64,000 nucleotides of DNA, taken from an uncultured Planctomycetota bacterium (lineage in GTDB: Bacteria; Planctomycetota; Planctomycetia; Gemmatales; Gemmataceae). Position numbers and translations under genes: made by a program. Numbering within the stretch: position 1 is the stretch's first letter; each line of letters begins with the position of its first letter. The stretch lies in assembly GCA_963849325.1 (NCBI GenBank), contig CAWKHF010000002.1, positions 576,001 through 640,000 of the forward strand, read 5' to 3'. Under the pieces are notes generated by a model. It searched no databases. It had not been told where the DNA came from and worked only from the letters and a program-made list of their open reading frames with translations. Shown in pieces: positions 1-12,525 of the stretch.

Positions 1-17
1 AGTCGGGGGCCGCCGTC

Positions 18-1811
18 GTGCCCTACCTGATCGACGCCCTGCGCAAGGCCGAGCCGGACGAGCGTGTCCGGCTGCTGGGTGCGCTGCGACAGCTGGGACC
101 GGACACGATTGATCCGCTGATCGCTGCCCTGGACAGCAACGATCCGCCCTTGCAGGTCGATCTGATCCGCCTTTTCATGCGGCGCAATGTACGTCAGGTA
201 GTGCCGTACCTGTGGTTCCTGTCCGGTTCGCCATCGCAGCCCGACGAGGTGCGCCGGCAGGCCACCGCGGCGTTGGCCTATTTCCTGGAAACGCCCGCGA
301 GCAAGCTACCGCCGGCCAAGGCCGAACTGACGCGCCAGGCCGAGCGCTACTATTTACACCAGGTCAAGTTCGCCAATCCGGCCGCGGTCACGGTCTGGCG
401 CTGGGACGGCAATCGTGTCGTCGAGGGCTGGCCCGGTGCGGCGACCATCCCGGCCGACAAGGCTGAGGAATACTATGGCTTGCGCTTCACCGGCCAGGCG
501 CTCTTGATCGATCCGTCGTATGGCCCGGCCCAGGTGGTGCTCCTGAGCGTGGTGCTCGACAAGACGCAGTCGAAGGCCGGCCTGGATCAGACGCTGGAGC
601 GCGCGGCGCCGGCGGTGCATGGTTTGCTCGGCACCGTGCAGCCCGAACTGGTGTACGCGGTGCTGGATCGCGCCCTGCGGGAACAGCGCGTGTCAGTGAT
701 CCTCGGAGCCGTCCGCGACCTGGGCGAGCGCGACGAGGTACGGGCATCGCAGCCGAGGGGCCGAGGCCAGCCGCCGCTGGTACGGGCGCTGTACTACCCC
801 GACCGCCGCGTGCAGATGGCCGCGGCCGAGGCGCTGCTGCGCATCCCCGGCTCGGCCGCCAGTCAGGCGACGACGCGCGTCGTCGAGGTACTGCGCCGGG
901 CCGTCGCCGCCGAGCCGGTCGTGCGCCAGCCGGCCAAGGTACTGATCGGCTACTTCAACGAGGACGTCCGTAACGCCGCCGCCGCGGCCGTCGCCGCCGC
1001 CGGTTATGAACCCATCAAGGTCGGCACCGGCCGCGAGCTGATGCAGCGTCTCGGCCAGGCGTCCGACGTGGCCTTGCTGCTCTTCGAGGAGACGCTACCT
1101 AATCCGGGCCTGGCGAACCTGCTGGGCCAACTCCGCGCTGACACCTATGCGAGCCAGCTGCCGGTCCTCCTGACCGCCGCTCCACGGCGCGAGGACGCCC
1201 TGCGGCGCTACACGCTGCGCTGGCCGAACATCACCGTCATCGCGGCCCCGTTCGCCATCGACGCCAACGCCCTGAAACCGCTCATCCAATCGCGCCTGGC
1301 CGACCCCGCCAGCCCTGCGCTGTCGGCGGCGGAGTTGAAGGCTTATGCCGAGCGTTCGATCAAGGGGTTGGCGCGTGTGGCTCGTGGGGAAGTGACCGGC
1401 TATGACGTGACACCGGCCGGGCCGACGGTCCTGGCGGCGCTGCGAGCGCCGAGCCGGCTGACGCCGGAGGGCCAGATCGCCGCGATGGACGTGGCCAGCC
1501 GGTTGAAGGGTGAGGAGGCGCAGACGGTGCTGGCCAACGTGGCGACCGACGGCAAGCGTCCGCTGGCCGTCCGCGTGGCGGCGGCCAACGCCCTGGTGCG
1601 GCACATCCAACAATTCAGCCCGCTGTTGACGCGCGATCAGGTCCGCGTCCTCGGCTCCCTGTATGCCCAGCCGAACCTCGATCTGCCGCTCAAGAACAGC
1701 CTGGCCCTGGTGATAGGGAGCTTGCAGCCGAATGCGCGGTTGACCGGCGAACGTCTGCTGCAATATCAGCCGCCGGTGCCGGGAGCACCGGCGCCCAGGG
1801 AAGAGAAATAA
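18..1811 (+). CDS. HEAT-repeat protein with a degenerate receiver-like central domain (probably 5'-truncated by the window edge)
   Basis: 597-aa ORF with repeated helical HEAT-like motifs (RVRLLGAL, RRVQMAAAEALLRI, VRVAAANAL) and a KVLIG...LLLFEE...LP segment resembling a receiver domain. Confidence 0.65.
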   Translation: MPYLIDALRKAEPDERVRLLGALRQLGPDTIDPLIAALDSNDPPLQVDLIRLFMRRNVRQVVPYLWFLSGSPSQPDEVRRQATAALAYFLETPASKLPPAKAELTRQAERYYLHQVKFANPAAVTVWRWDGNRVVEGWPGAATIPADKAEEYYGLRFTGQALLIDPSYGPAQVVLLSVVLDKTQSKAGLDQTLERAAPAVHGLLGTVQPELVYAVLDRALREQRVSVILGAVRDLGERDEVRASQPRGRGQPPLVRALYYPDRRVQMAAAEALLRIPGSAASQATTRVVEVLRRAVAAEPVVRQPAKVLIGYFNEDVRNAAAAAVAAAGYEPIKVGTGRELMQRLGQASDVALLLFEETLPNPGLANLLGQLRADTYASQLPVLLTAAPRREDALRRYTLRWPNITVIAAPFAIDANALKPLIQSRLADPASPALSAAELKAYAERSIKGLARVARGEVTGYDVTPAGPTVLAALRAPSRLTPEGQIAAMDVASRLKGEEAQTVLANVATDGKRPLAVRVAAANALVRHIQQFSPLLTRDQVRVLGSLYAQPNLDLPLKNSLALVIGSLQPNARLTGERLLQYQPPVPGAPAPREEK

Positions 1812-1989
1812 CCCGCTCTCTTTAAAGAGGTAAAGAAGACACAATTAATCTTCTAACCTCCGTCTCGCCTTCGTCGCTCGGCATGACGACGAGAGGCAAA
1901 GCTGTGGCGCGGCTTCTCAAGGCGAAACGAGGATGTTCGACACTTCTACACTTCTCATGAAATCATGAAAGCATCAGTTCCGATTTCAT

Positions 1990-2018
1990 TTGACAGTGCA
2001 GGATCGCAGGGTTGAAAT
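1990..2018 (+). promoter_or_regulatory. sigma70-like promoter upstream of the nuclease gene
   Basis: TTGACA-17 bp-TGAAAT in an AT-rich intergenic region. Confidence 0.4.
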
Positions 2019-2111
2019 ATCTGAATTAGATGGCGCGACCTAAACACCTCTTTCGAGTGTGTGCACCCTAATCAGCAGTTCGGAAAAGAAGGTCTTTACT
2101 GGAGGAGCGGC

Positions 2112-3053
2112 GTGCTAATATTGGGCGACCGGAAGTTTATCGAGGCCGCCTTCGAGTCCGAGGAGGAACTCGAACAGGTTGTCATCGCTAATTCCGAGTA
2201 CCTCTTCGGTCCGGCTTCCCTTTACTTTCCGAAAGCCCTTATCCGCACCAAGGATGGATTTGGGACAATCCCCGATGGGTTCGTGATCGATCTGACGGCG
2301 AGGCGTTGGTATATAGTCGAGGCCGAACTGGGCAAGCACAGCGTCTGGAGCCATATCGCCCCCCAAGTGGCCAAACAACTCATCGCCGCGATGAACCCTG
2401 CGTCCCGACAGCTTCTGATCGATTTAATCGTCGAAAAGGTCCGGGAAGACGAAGCCTCGATGGATAAATTCAGAGACGAAGGGATCGAGGTCATCGACAT
2501 CCGGCGCTTCCTTGGAGAGATTTTGGAGGGCAATCCAACCGTCGGTATGCCGATTAACGTCATCTCCAGCGACCTGCGGGAATGGGCGTCTACGCTCAAG
2601 GTCAGCGTCAAACTGTGGATTGTTCGCAAGCATGTCGAGTTCGGCCATCCGGAGCGAGTTCTGTTCGAGATCCCGGAAGAGTTTCGGCCAGCGTTGGATA
2701 CCGGAGTGGAGATGTCAGATACTTCGCGGCAGGCCCGGTACGATGTCAGCTTGTCTGACCTAATCCTGAGCGGGCTGCTGCGGAATGGCCAAAAACTGCA
2801 GTTGAACTGGAAACCACGCAATGGCGATAAGCGGGTTTTTGAGGGGCTAGTCAGGGATAGCGGGGAGATTGAGGTGCTAGGGAAGTCCTTTACCAGTCCC
2901 AGCTACGCGGCCGTGTACGCTCTTCAATCGACTGGCAGCAGTCGCACTACCGAGAACGGATGGGTCAAGTGGAAGACCGAAAGCGGAGTGTTACTTTCGA
3001 CACTCCGCGATCAGTATCTTCAATCAGTCGACGGGCGAGCAGACGGCGCCTGA
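2112..3053 (+). CDS. PD-(D/E)XK-type nuclease fused to a C-terminal RAMA-like domain
   Basis: GTG at 2112 follows GGAGG (track ORF starts at 2061). N-terminus has ESEEELEQ...IPDGFVID...YIVEAE; C-terminus LSDLILSGLL...G.IEV.G..FTSPS.AA...NGW..WK...LSTLR matches the RAMA pattern. More A/T-ending codons than neighbouring genes. Confidence 0.75.
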   Translation: MLILGDRKFIEAAFESEEELEQVVIANSEYLFGPASLYFPKALIRTKDGFGTIPDGFVIDLTARRWYIVEAELGKHSVWSHIAPQVAKQLIAAMNPASRQLLIDLIVEKVREDEASMDKFRDEGIEVIDIRRFLGEILEGNPTVGMPINVISSDLREWASTLKVSVKLWIVRKHVEFGHPERVLFEIPEEFRPALDTGVEMSDTSRQARYDVSLSDLILSGLLRNGQKLQLNWKPRNGDKRVFEGLVRDSGEIEVLGKSFTSPSYAAVYALQSTGSSRTTENGWVKWKTESGVLLSTLRDQYLQSVDGRADGA

Positions 3054-3105
3054 AATACGTTAGATGACGGCATTTCGGCGGAGCATTTTCTGTTTAGGGC
3101 GCCAG

Positions 3106-3202
3106 GCCGAATCATTCGATGCAACAGACAGGGCCGGCATTTTGGCTTTCCATGCTATATCACCCATCCCGCCGGCCTTGCTGCTGAGCTTGTTTGTTCC
3201 TG
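3106..3202 (+). mobile_element. degenerate attC-like integron recombination site
   Basis: GCCGAAT-5nt-GATGCAACAG...AGGGCCGGC-loop-GCCGGCCTT-GCTGCTGAGC-5nt-GTT: R''/L''/L'/R' layout with an extra G in L''. Confidence 0.55.
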
Positions 3203-4473
3203 TCACTTCCGTTCGATCTCCCGCAACGCCTCGGCGGCCCGCCGCCGCACCTCGGGATGCGCGGCCTTCTCCGCCGCGCGCAACGCCGGGACGGCACCTT
3301 TTGCCGCTTGCCCCATCTCGCCCAGGATGCGGACGACTTCGAGGCGGAGTAGCTTGTCCTTGTTCCGGAGAGCCGCCGTCAGCACGGGCAGGACGCTTTT
3401 GGCCTCGTGTTCGATCTGCCACAAACTCTGGGCGGCCTGGACGCGGACGCCCTCGTTCCGATCCGCCAGCAGCGGCGTCAGCTTGGACACCGCTGCGCGG
3501 GCCTCGGGTCCGATCAGCCCCAGCACGTGCGCCGCGTCGCCGCGCACGAACTTGTCCTCGTTCTTCAGCGCCGCGATGAGTACCGGCAAGACGGTGCGGG
3601 CCTGGTGGTCGATGCGCCACAGAGCCTCCGCCGCCTGCACGCGCACGCCTTCGTCGGCATCTTTCAGCGACTCGCGCAGCGCCGGGGCCGCCGCTCGCGC
3701 TTTGGCGCCGAAAGCTCCGAGGGCGCGAGCGGCGTCGGCGCGGACGCCCTCATGCACATCCTTCAAACAGGCACGCAGCGCCGGCACCGCCATTTCCGCC
3801 CCGGCGGCGACCTCACCCAGCGCCGCGGCGGCCTGGCCGCGCACGCCCTCGTCCTCGTCCTTCAGCAGCTGCACGAGCGCTCCCACGGCACCTTTCGCCT
3901 CGGTGCCCCTCTCGCCCAGGCCGGCCGCCGCGTTCAGGCGCACTCCAGCGTCTGCGTCCTGCGAGCGCCTCGATGAGGAGAGGGACCACCGCTCGGCCGC
4001 CGATTTCGCTCAGCGCCGCCGCCGCGTTCAGCCGGACGGTATGATCGCCGTCCTTGAGGAGTCGGCCCAGGGCCGGCACCGCTTTCTGGGCGGCGTCGCC
4101 CAGACCGCCCAGGGCGAAGGCGGCATGAGCGCGGCAGTCCGTGTTCGCGTCCTGCAGCGCCGCCAGCAGCGCCGGCAGCGCGGCGCGCTTCCGGGCCGAT
4201 CTCGCCCAGCGCATCCGCACACAGGCTGCGCACTGCCGCGTCCTTGTCGCGCAGCGCCGCGGTCAGCGCCGGCACGGCCGGCGCCGCGTCGCCATTGAGG
4301 TCGGCGCACCAACGCAGTAACGCCTGCGCCGCGCGAAGCCGCGTTTGATCGTCGCCGTGCCGCAGCGCCTCGACCCATTCCGGCAGCGACTTGTCGTCGG
4401 CGCCGACTTCACCGGCACGACCGACGCCCGACAGACCCAGGCTGATGAACGCGACAATGAGGACCGTTCTCAT
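3203..4473 (-). CDS. secreted HEAT-repeat (PBS-lyase-like) protein, frameshifted
   Basis: ORF pieces 3934..4473, 3813..4220 and 3203..3943 join into a signal peptide plus tandem LKD.D..VR..AA.ALG.IG repeats. Confidence 0.85.
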
Positions 4474-4516
4474 GCGTGACTCTCCGTGAGTTGTCTCCGG
4501 GTGGTTCTCCGCGTCA

Positions 4517-5269
4517 TCACCGACGTCGGTACACAGACGCGAAGTGCCGCATCGCCATGCGGTGGACGAACGCCGTGCGCTGCCGCACGTAGGACTGATA
4601 CTGTTGCAGCCAGCGCCGGCGCTGCTCCACGGCCATGCGGTAAAAGTTTTGTTGCCGCTGTACGGCGGAGCGATACTGCCTCATGGCCTGGGCCTGGGTC
4701 CGGGCTACTTCGCGCTGATAGTTCGCCGCCTGGCGCTGATAGTTCGACACATTCCGGGTGTAGTGATACGTCGTGTGCCGCTGCTGCCGGCCGCGATTGG
4801 AAGGGGCGTGACGGTTGTAGTTGGTGTTGCGGTGCTGCGCGGTGCGGACGTTGCGGTAGGCTCGGCCGTAGATGCTTTGCAGCATACGCTGCTGGGTTTG
4901 CTGCCGCTGTTTGAGGGCGGTGGCGTACTGCTGGCCGTATTTCTCGAACTCCGGCCAACTGATCTGGCCGTCCGTGTCCGTGTCCAGCGACCAGAGAAAG
5001 ACCAGGTCGGGGTACTTCGTCCGCGCCTGGTAGTAGAGCGGCGTCAGGTTGCCCTTGTCGTCGTACATGTCGCCTTCGGGCGGCTTGGCCTTGGGACCGC
5101 GGAAGTGCTTGGCCAACTCCTCCTTGTCGAGAAAACCGTCGTGATCGAGATCCCATTTGTCGAACAGGGCGTGCAGTTGCGCCTCGACTTGCGGATCCTT
5201 GGAAGGGGCCGCCGTCGCCAAAGTACCCAGGCTCAGGGCCAGGGTGAGGGGGAGACCGAAGCGAATCAT
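4517..5269 (-). CDS. secreted EF-hand protein with a Q/R/Y-rich C-terminal tail
   Basis: Signal peptide; EF-hand loops DLDHDGFLDKEE and DTDTDGQISWPE. Confidence 0.75.
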   Translation of the reverse strand: MIRFGLPLTLALSLGTLATAAPSKDPQVEAQLHALFDKWDLDHDGFLDKEELAKHFRGPKAKPPEGDMYDDKGNLTPLYYQARTKYPDLVFLWSLDTDTDGQISWPEFEKYGQQYATALKQRQQTQQRMLQSIYGRAYRNVRTAQHRNTNYNRHAPSNRGRQQRHTTYHYTRNVSNYQRQAANYQREVARTQAQAMRQYRSAVQRQQNFYRMAVEQRRRWLQQYQSYVRQRTAFVHRMAMRHFASVYRRR

Positions 5270-5377
5270 GGGTGGAAAGGGGCGATGGCCGGGCTGAGGC
5301 AGAGCGGGCCTCTATATACCACAGCTAACGCCGCCGTGCCGGGCTGTCAAGACGCCTTTCGGCAGACGTAAGGACGG

Positions 5378-5445
5378 TTTTCCGACGAGCCGGAGCGCCA
5401 GCGACGGGTGAGAACCCGTCGCTGGCGCTCCGGCTCGTCGGAAAA
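5378..5445. repeat. REP-like palindrome (GAGCC..GAGCG..AGCGA family); possible terminator downstream of typA
   Basis: TTTTCCGACGAGCCGGAGCGCCAGCGACGGGT-gaga-ACCCGTCGCTGGCGCTCCGGCTCGTCGGAAAA. Confidence 0.85.
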
Positions 5446-5471
5446 AAGCTCATCCGCGTCAACCGCCGCGG

Positions 5472-7291
<1,820 letters not shown>

Positions 7292-7397
7292 TGTGTCGTG
7301 GTCTCGGAGCTGACGCCGTCGCGGCGATTTTTTTCTTCCCCTTCGGGCCAATTGCGGACAGATTTGTTATTATAGCGGGCACCGGCGCGGCGGGCGA

Positions 7398-7442
7398 GCC
7401 GCTTGCGGCTTGGCGCGAAGGCAACGCGAAGCCGCAAGCGGC
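7398..7442. repeat. REP-like palindrome (GCCGCTTGCGGCTT family)
   Basis: GCCGCTTGCGGCTT...AAGCCGCAAGCGGC between divergent typA and sixA. Confidence 0.7.
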
Positions 7443-7470
7443 CGAACCATCGCGGTTAGGGAACGACAGC

Positions 7471-7959
7471 ATGGACCTTTACCTCATTCGCCACGCGGAC
7501 GCACAACCTCTGGGCGAGGGCGGCATCCAGGACGACGCGGAGCGCCCCCTGACGGCGTTGGGTCAGGCGCAATGCGGTCCTTTAGCCGCCGCGCTGCAGC
7601 GCCAGGGCGTGCGCCTGGCGCGCGTCGTCGCCAGCCCTCTGCTGCGGGCGCGGCAGACGGCGGAGGGATTGCTCAAGAACCTGACGCCGCCGACCCCGGA
7701 GCTGCACACCTGCGACCACCTGGCGCCGGGCGGCAAGCGGCGCAAGTTGACGCGCTTCCTGCGCGGCCTGGGCGTCCGATCGGTCGCCGTCGTCGGCCAC
7801 ATGCCGGACCTGAACCTCTACGCCGGCTGGCTGATCGGCAGCAAGAGCGCCCAGGTCGAGCTGGCCAAGGCCGGTATCGCTTGTATCCGCTTCGAGCAAG
7901 ACCCCGCCAAGGGCGCCGGCATCCTCACCTGGCTCGTCACGCCGCAGTGGTGCCAGTAG
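7471..7959 (+). CDS. sixA: phosphohistidine phosphatase SixA
   Basis: LYLIRHADA, R.LT..G, SPLLRARQTAE, VVGHMPDL. Confidence 0.9.
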   Translation: MDLYLIRHADAQPLGEGGIQDDAERPLTALGQAQCGPLAAALQRQGVRLARVVASPLLRARQTAEGLLKNLTPPTPELHTCDHLAPGGKRRKLTRFLRGLGVRSVAVVGHMPDLNLYAGWLIGSKSAQVELAKAGIACIRFEQDPAKGAGILTWLVTPQWCQ

Positions 7960-7978
7960 AAAAGAACCGCGGTTGCGG

Positions 7979-8809
7979 ATGCGTTTCGGCTACAACACCA
8001 ACGGCTTCGCCCACCATCGTCTCGATGACGCCCTGGCCATCCTCGCCGAGCTGGGCTATCGCAGCGTCGCGCTGACGCTCGATCATCATGCGCTCAACCC
8101 CTACGATCCCGACACGGCACGGCAACTGCCCGTCCTCCGCGAACGTCTGCGCGGACTCGGCCTGAGTGTCGTCATCGAGACGGGCGCGCGCTTCCTGCTC
8201 GATCCGCGGCACAAGCATCAACCGACACTGCTCAGCGTCGATGCTCAACAACGGGCGCGACGGCTCGACTTCCTGCGCCGGGCCGTGGACGTGGCCGCCG
8301 AACTCGGCGCCGAGGCGGTGAGCTTCTGGTCCGGTACGCCGCCGGAGACGGAGACGGAGGCGACGCTGATGGACCGACTCGTCGAGGGCTGCCGGCAGTT
8401 GTGCGAACATGCGGCCGGACGACAGATGCGCCTCGCGTTCGAGCCGGAGCCCGGCATGTTCCTTGATACCATGACACGCTATGCGGAATTGCACCGGCGC
8501 GTGGCCGATCCGCGTTTCGGCCTCACCATCGACATTGGCCATCTGCATTGTCTGGGAGAGATACCGATTGCGGCTCATCTACGGCGCTGGCGCGAATGGC
8601 TGTGGAACGTCCACATCGAGGACATGCGGCGCGGCGTCCACGATCATTTGATGTTCGGCGAGGGCGAGATCGACTTCGCGCAGGTGCTGGGGACGTTGGC
8701 GGAGATCGGCTACACGGGCGGCGTCCACGTTGAACTGAGCCGGCACAGCCACGACGCCGTCGAGACCGCCCGGAAATCGCTGGCGTTTCTGCAAGCCGCT
8801 CTCCGCTGA
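7979..8809 (+). CDS. sugar phosphate isomerase/epimerase (AP-endonuclease-2 / xylose-isomerase-like TIM barrel)
   Basis: FEPEPGM, DIGHL, VHIED, H..FGEG.IDF, VELSRH metal-ligand motifs. Confidence 0.85.
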   Translation: MRFGYNTNGFAHHRLDDALAILAELGYRSVALTLDHHALNPYDPDTARQLPVLRERLRGLGLSVVIETGARFLLDPRHKHQPTLLSVDAQQRARRLDFLRRAVDVAAELGAEAVSFWSGTPPETETEATLMDRLVEGCRQLCEHAAGRQMRLAFEPEPGMFLDTMTRYAELHRRVADPRFGLTIDIGHLHCLGEIPIAAHLRRWREWLWNVHIEDMRRGVHDHLMFGEGEIDFAQVLGTLAEIGYTGGVHVELSRHSHDAVETARKSLAFLQAALR

Positions 8810-8818
8810 AAGGAGCCT

Positions 8819-9520
8819 ATGCCCCTCACCGTTGCATGGCACGACATCGCCTTGCGGCTGGCGCTAACCGTCCTGGCAGGCGTTGTCATCGGACTCAACC
8901 GCAGCGAGCGCGGTCGGCCGGCCGGGCTGCGCACGACCTTGCTGGTGTGCCTGGCCGCCTCCGTCTCCATGATCCAGACAAACCTGCTCCTGACGACCAC
9001 GGGGAAAACTCCCGAATCGTTCGCCGTGATGGACATGATGCGCCTGCCGCTGGGCATCTTGACCGGCATGGGCTTTATCGGAGCTGGGGCGATTCTCCGC
9101 CGAGGAGATCGGGTGCAGGGGGTGACGACTGCCGCTACCATGTGGTTCGTCACGGTCATCGGCCTGTGCTTCGGCGGCGGACAACACGGGCTGGGCCTGG
9201 CGGCGCTGGCGCTGGCCGTCATGGTGCTGTGGTTTCTCAAAAGGGTGGAGTTGACCATGCGGCGCGACTGCCATGCGATGCTGATCCTGCACATCGCAGC
9301 GGACGGCCCAACGGAAGCGGAGGTGCGCTCCACGGTGCGGACAGCGGGATATGAGACGGCCGACTGGAACATCGTCCTCCGAGGCCGAGGAGAGACACGA
9401 CGACTCGCGTTGCGCTGCGAGGTGCGCTGGCGCGACCGGGAAACGGAGGTACAGCCGCCCGCCTTCCTCCATGAACTCGCCCAGCGGCCGGGTGTGGTGA
9501 AGCTCCAATGGCAGATCTAA
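8819..9520 (+). CDS. mgtC: MgtC/SapB family membrane protein
   Basis: AGLRT.LLV, GILTGMGFIGAGAIL, VQGVTTAATMW. Confidence 0.9.
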   Translation: MPLTVAWHDIALRLALTVLAGVVIGLNRSERGRPAGLRTTLLVCLAASVSMIQTNLLLTTTGKTPESFAVMDMMRLPLGILTGMGFIGAGAILRRGDRVQGVTTAATMWFVTVIGLCFGGGQHGLGLAALALAVMVLWFLKRVELTMRRDCHAMLILHIAADGPTEAEVRSTVRTAGYETADWNIVLRGRGETRRLALRCEVRWRDRETEVQPPAFLHELAQRPGVVKLQWQI

Positions 9521-9590
9521 GCGGGAGGAACTGAGGTGTCGCGCACTACCTTCCATCGCGTGGCCTGTCTGCGGCAGCGGATTGTTCCCC
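9521..9590 (-). mobile_element. truncated (left half) attC-like site overlapping the 3' end of the DUF2442 gene
   Basis: Minus strand GGGGAAC-AATCC-GCTGCCGCAGACAGGCCACGCG...CCCGC, same layout as the left arm of the site at 3106; GTTCGGC sits upstream of the gene at 9887-9881. Confidence 0.45.
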
Positions 9591-9838
9591 GTTGACGTCC
9601 GTGACCGGAAGCAAAGCGTGAAGTGCCTCGGGGGCGAAGTCGGCCCCATTCGGCCAGACGACTGTCCCACAGACCGGATCGAGCACGACCCGAGCGAAGA
9701 AATTTGGGTCGCGGAGGGGCTCGAACACCAAACCGCTCAAGAGCGGCTCGACATCCACGACAGCCCCGCGCCGTCGCTGAAGGACAATTCGAGGTGGTGA
9801 GGGCCACGAACCTCCGCCTCCAGGATTCGCAAAATCAT
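9546..9838 (-). CDS. DUF2442 family protein, frameshifted
   Basis: MILRILEAEVRGPHHLELSFSDG then DVEPLLSGLVFEPLRDPNFFARV..D...GTVVWPNGADFAPEAL. Confidence 0.8.
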
Positions 9839-9893
9839 CTCCCGACTCCCCTCAAACCAATGGCGGGACAGAGAGTAGCGGCCGAACGACGAG

Positions 9894-10184
9894 TCAGTAC
9901 GCCAACACCTGCCGCGTCAGGTAATCCGACAGCGTCAGCGTCATAAGAATGAGCAGCCAGAACAACCCCGCCAGCACGGCCAGCCACGATACTTTCGAGC
10001 TGTGCAACAGGTGCATGAAGAACAACACAACCAGCGATGCCTTGACGGCGCCGATGAGCACGCCGATCGTCGTGTGCCAGGCGCCCAGTTCCACGAACGA
10101 GACGCCGACCGTTAACAGCGTCAGCGCGATCAGGGCGGCGAAGACGCCGTAGTAGGTCCGCGTTGGCGTGATGGCTTCCGACAT
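9894..10184 (-). CDS. ctaF: cytochrome c oxidase subunit IV (caa3-type)
   Basis: YYGVFAALIALTLLTV...KASLVVLFFMHL. Confidence 0.85.
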   Translation of the reverse strand: MSEAITPTRTYYGVFAALIALTLLTVGVSFVELGAWHTTIGVLIGAVKASLVVLFFMHLLHSSKVSWLAVLAGLFWLLILMTLTLSDYLTRQVLAY

Positions 10185-10192
10185 GGCGCCTC

Positions 10193-10868
10193 CTAGAAGT
10201 GCAGGTCCGAGCCGTGGTGCGTGCCGGTCAGGTACAACAGCGGCAGCAAAAAGATCCATACAATATCGACAAAGTGCCAGTAGAGACCGACGACCTCGAC
10301 GGCCATGTAGCGCACCGGCGTCAACTCGCCCCGGCCCGCCCGCAGGACGAGCCAGACCAACAGGCCGACACCGACAATCATGTGGACGGCGTGCAGGACC
10401 GTCATGATGTAGTAGAACGCCAGCATCAGCTGGACGTGTCCCGGGTTCGCCAGCGGCGTCTCTTTCGTCCATTCGCCTGGATCGAAACGCAGTCCGGGCA
10501 CCAGCGATTCTCGGTAATCCTCGTAATACTCCACGGCCTTGAAACCGAAGAAGGTCAAGCCGAGCAAGATCGTCAGCAATAGGCACGTCATCAACATCCT
10601 CGGCTGGCCGGTTCGCGTGGCGTGGACCGACAACACCATCGTCAAACTGCTGGTCAGCAGCACGATGGTGTTGATCGAGCCGATGAGGATGTTGAGTTTG
10701 GAACTGGCCGCCTCGAAGTCGTGCGGATAGCGCAGCCGGTACACCGTGTAGCAGGTGAAGATGGCGCCGAAGATGAGGATCTCCGTCGCCAAAAACAGCC
10801 ACATACCGAACGTCTCGGTCTCGCGCTGCTGCTCGAGATCCTCGAAGTGGTGGGCCAGGACCGAGTGA

Positions 10869-10879
<11 letters not shown>
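10193..10879 (-). CDS. ctaE: cytochrome c oxidase subunit III
   Basis: [38 protein letters not shown] start. Confidence 0.92.

Positions 10880-12521
<1,642 letters not shown>

Positions 12522-12525
<4 letters not shown>

Noticed and set aside
3059-3065. GTTAGAT as an attC R' core directly after the nuclease stop
   Set aside because: No matching R'' or L boxes at the right spacing; a 7-mer alone is not significant
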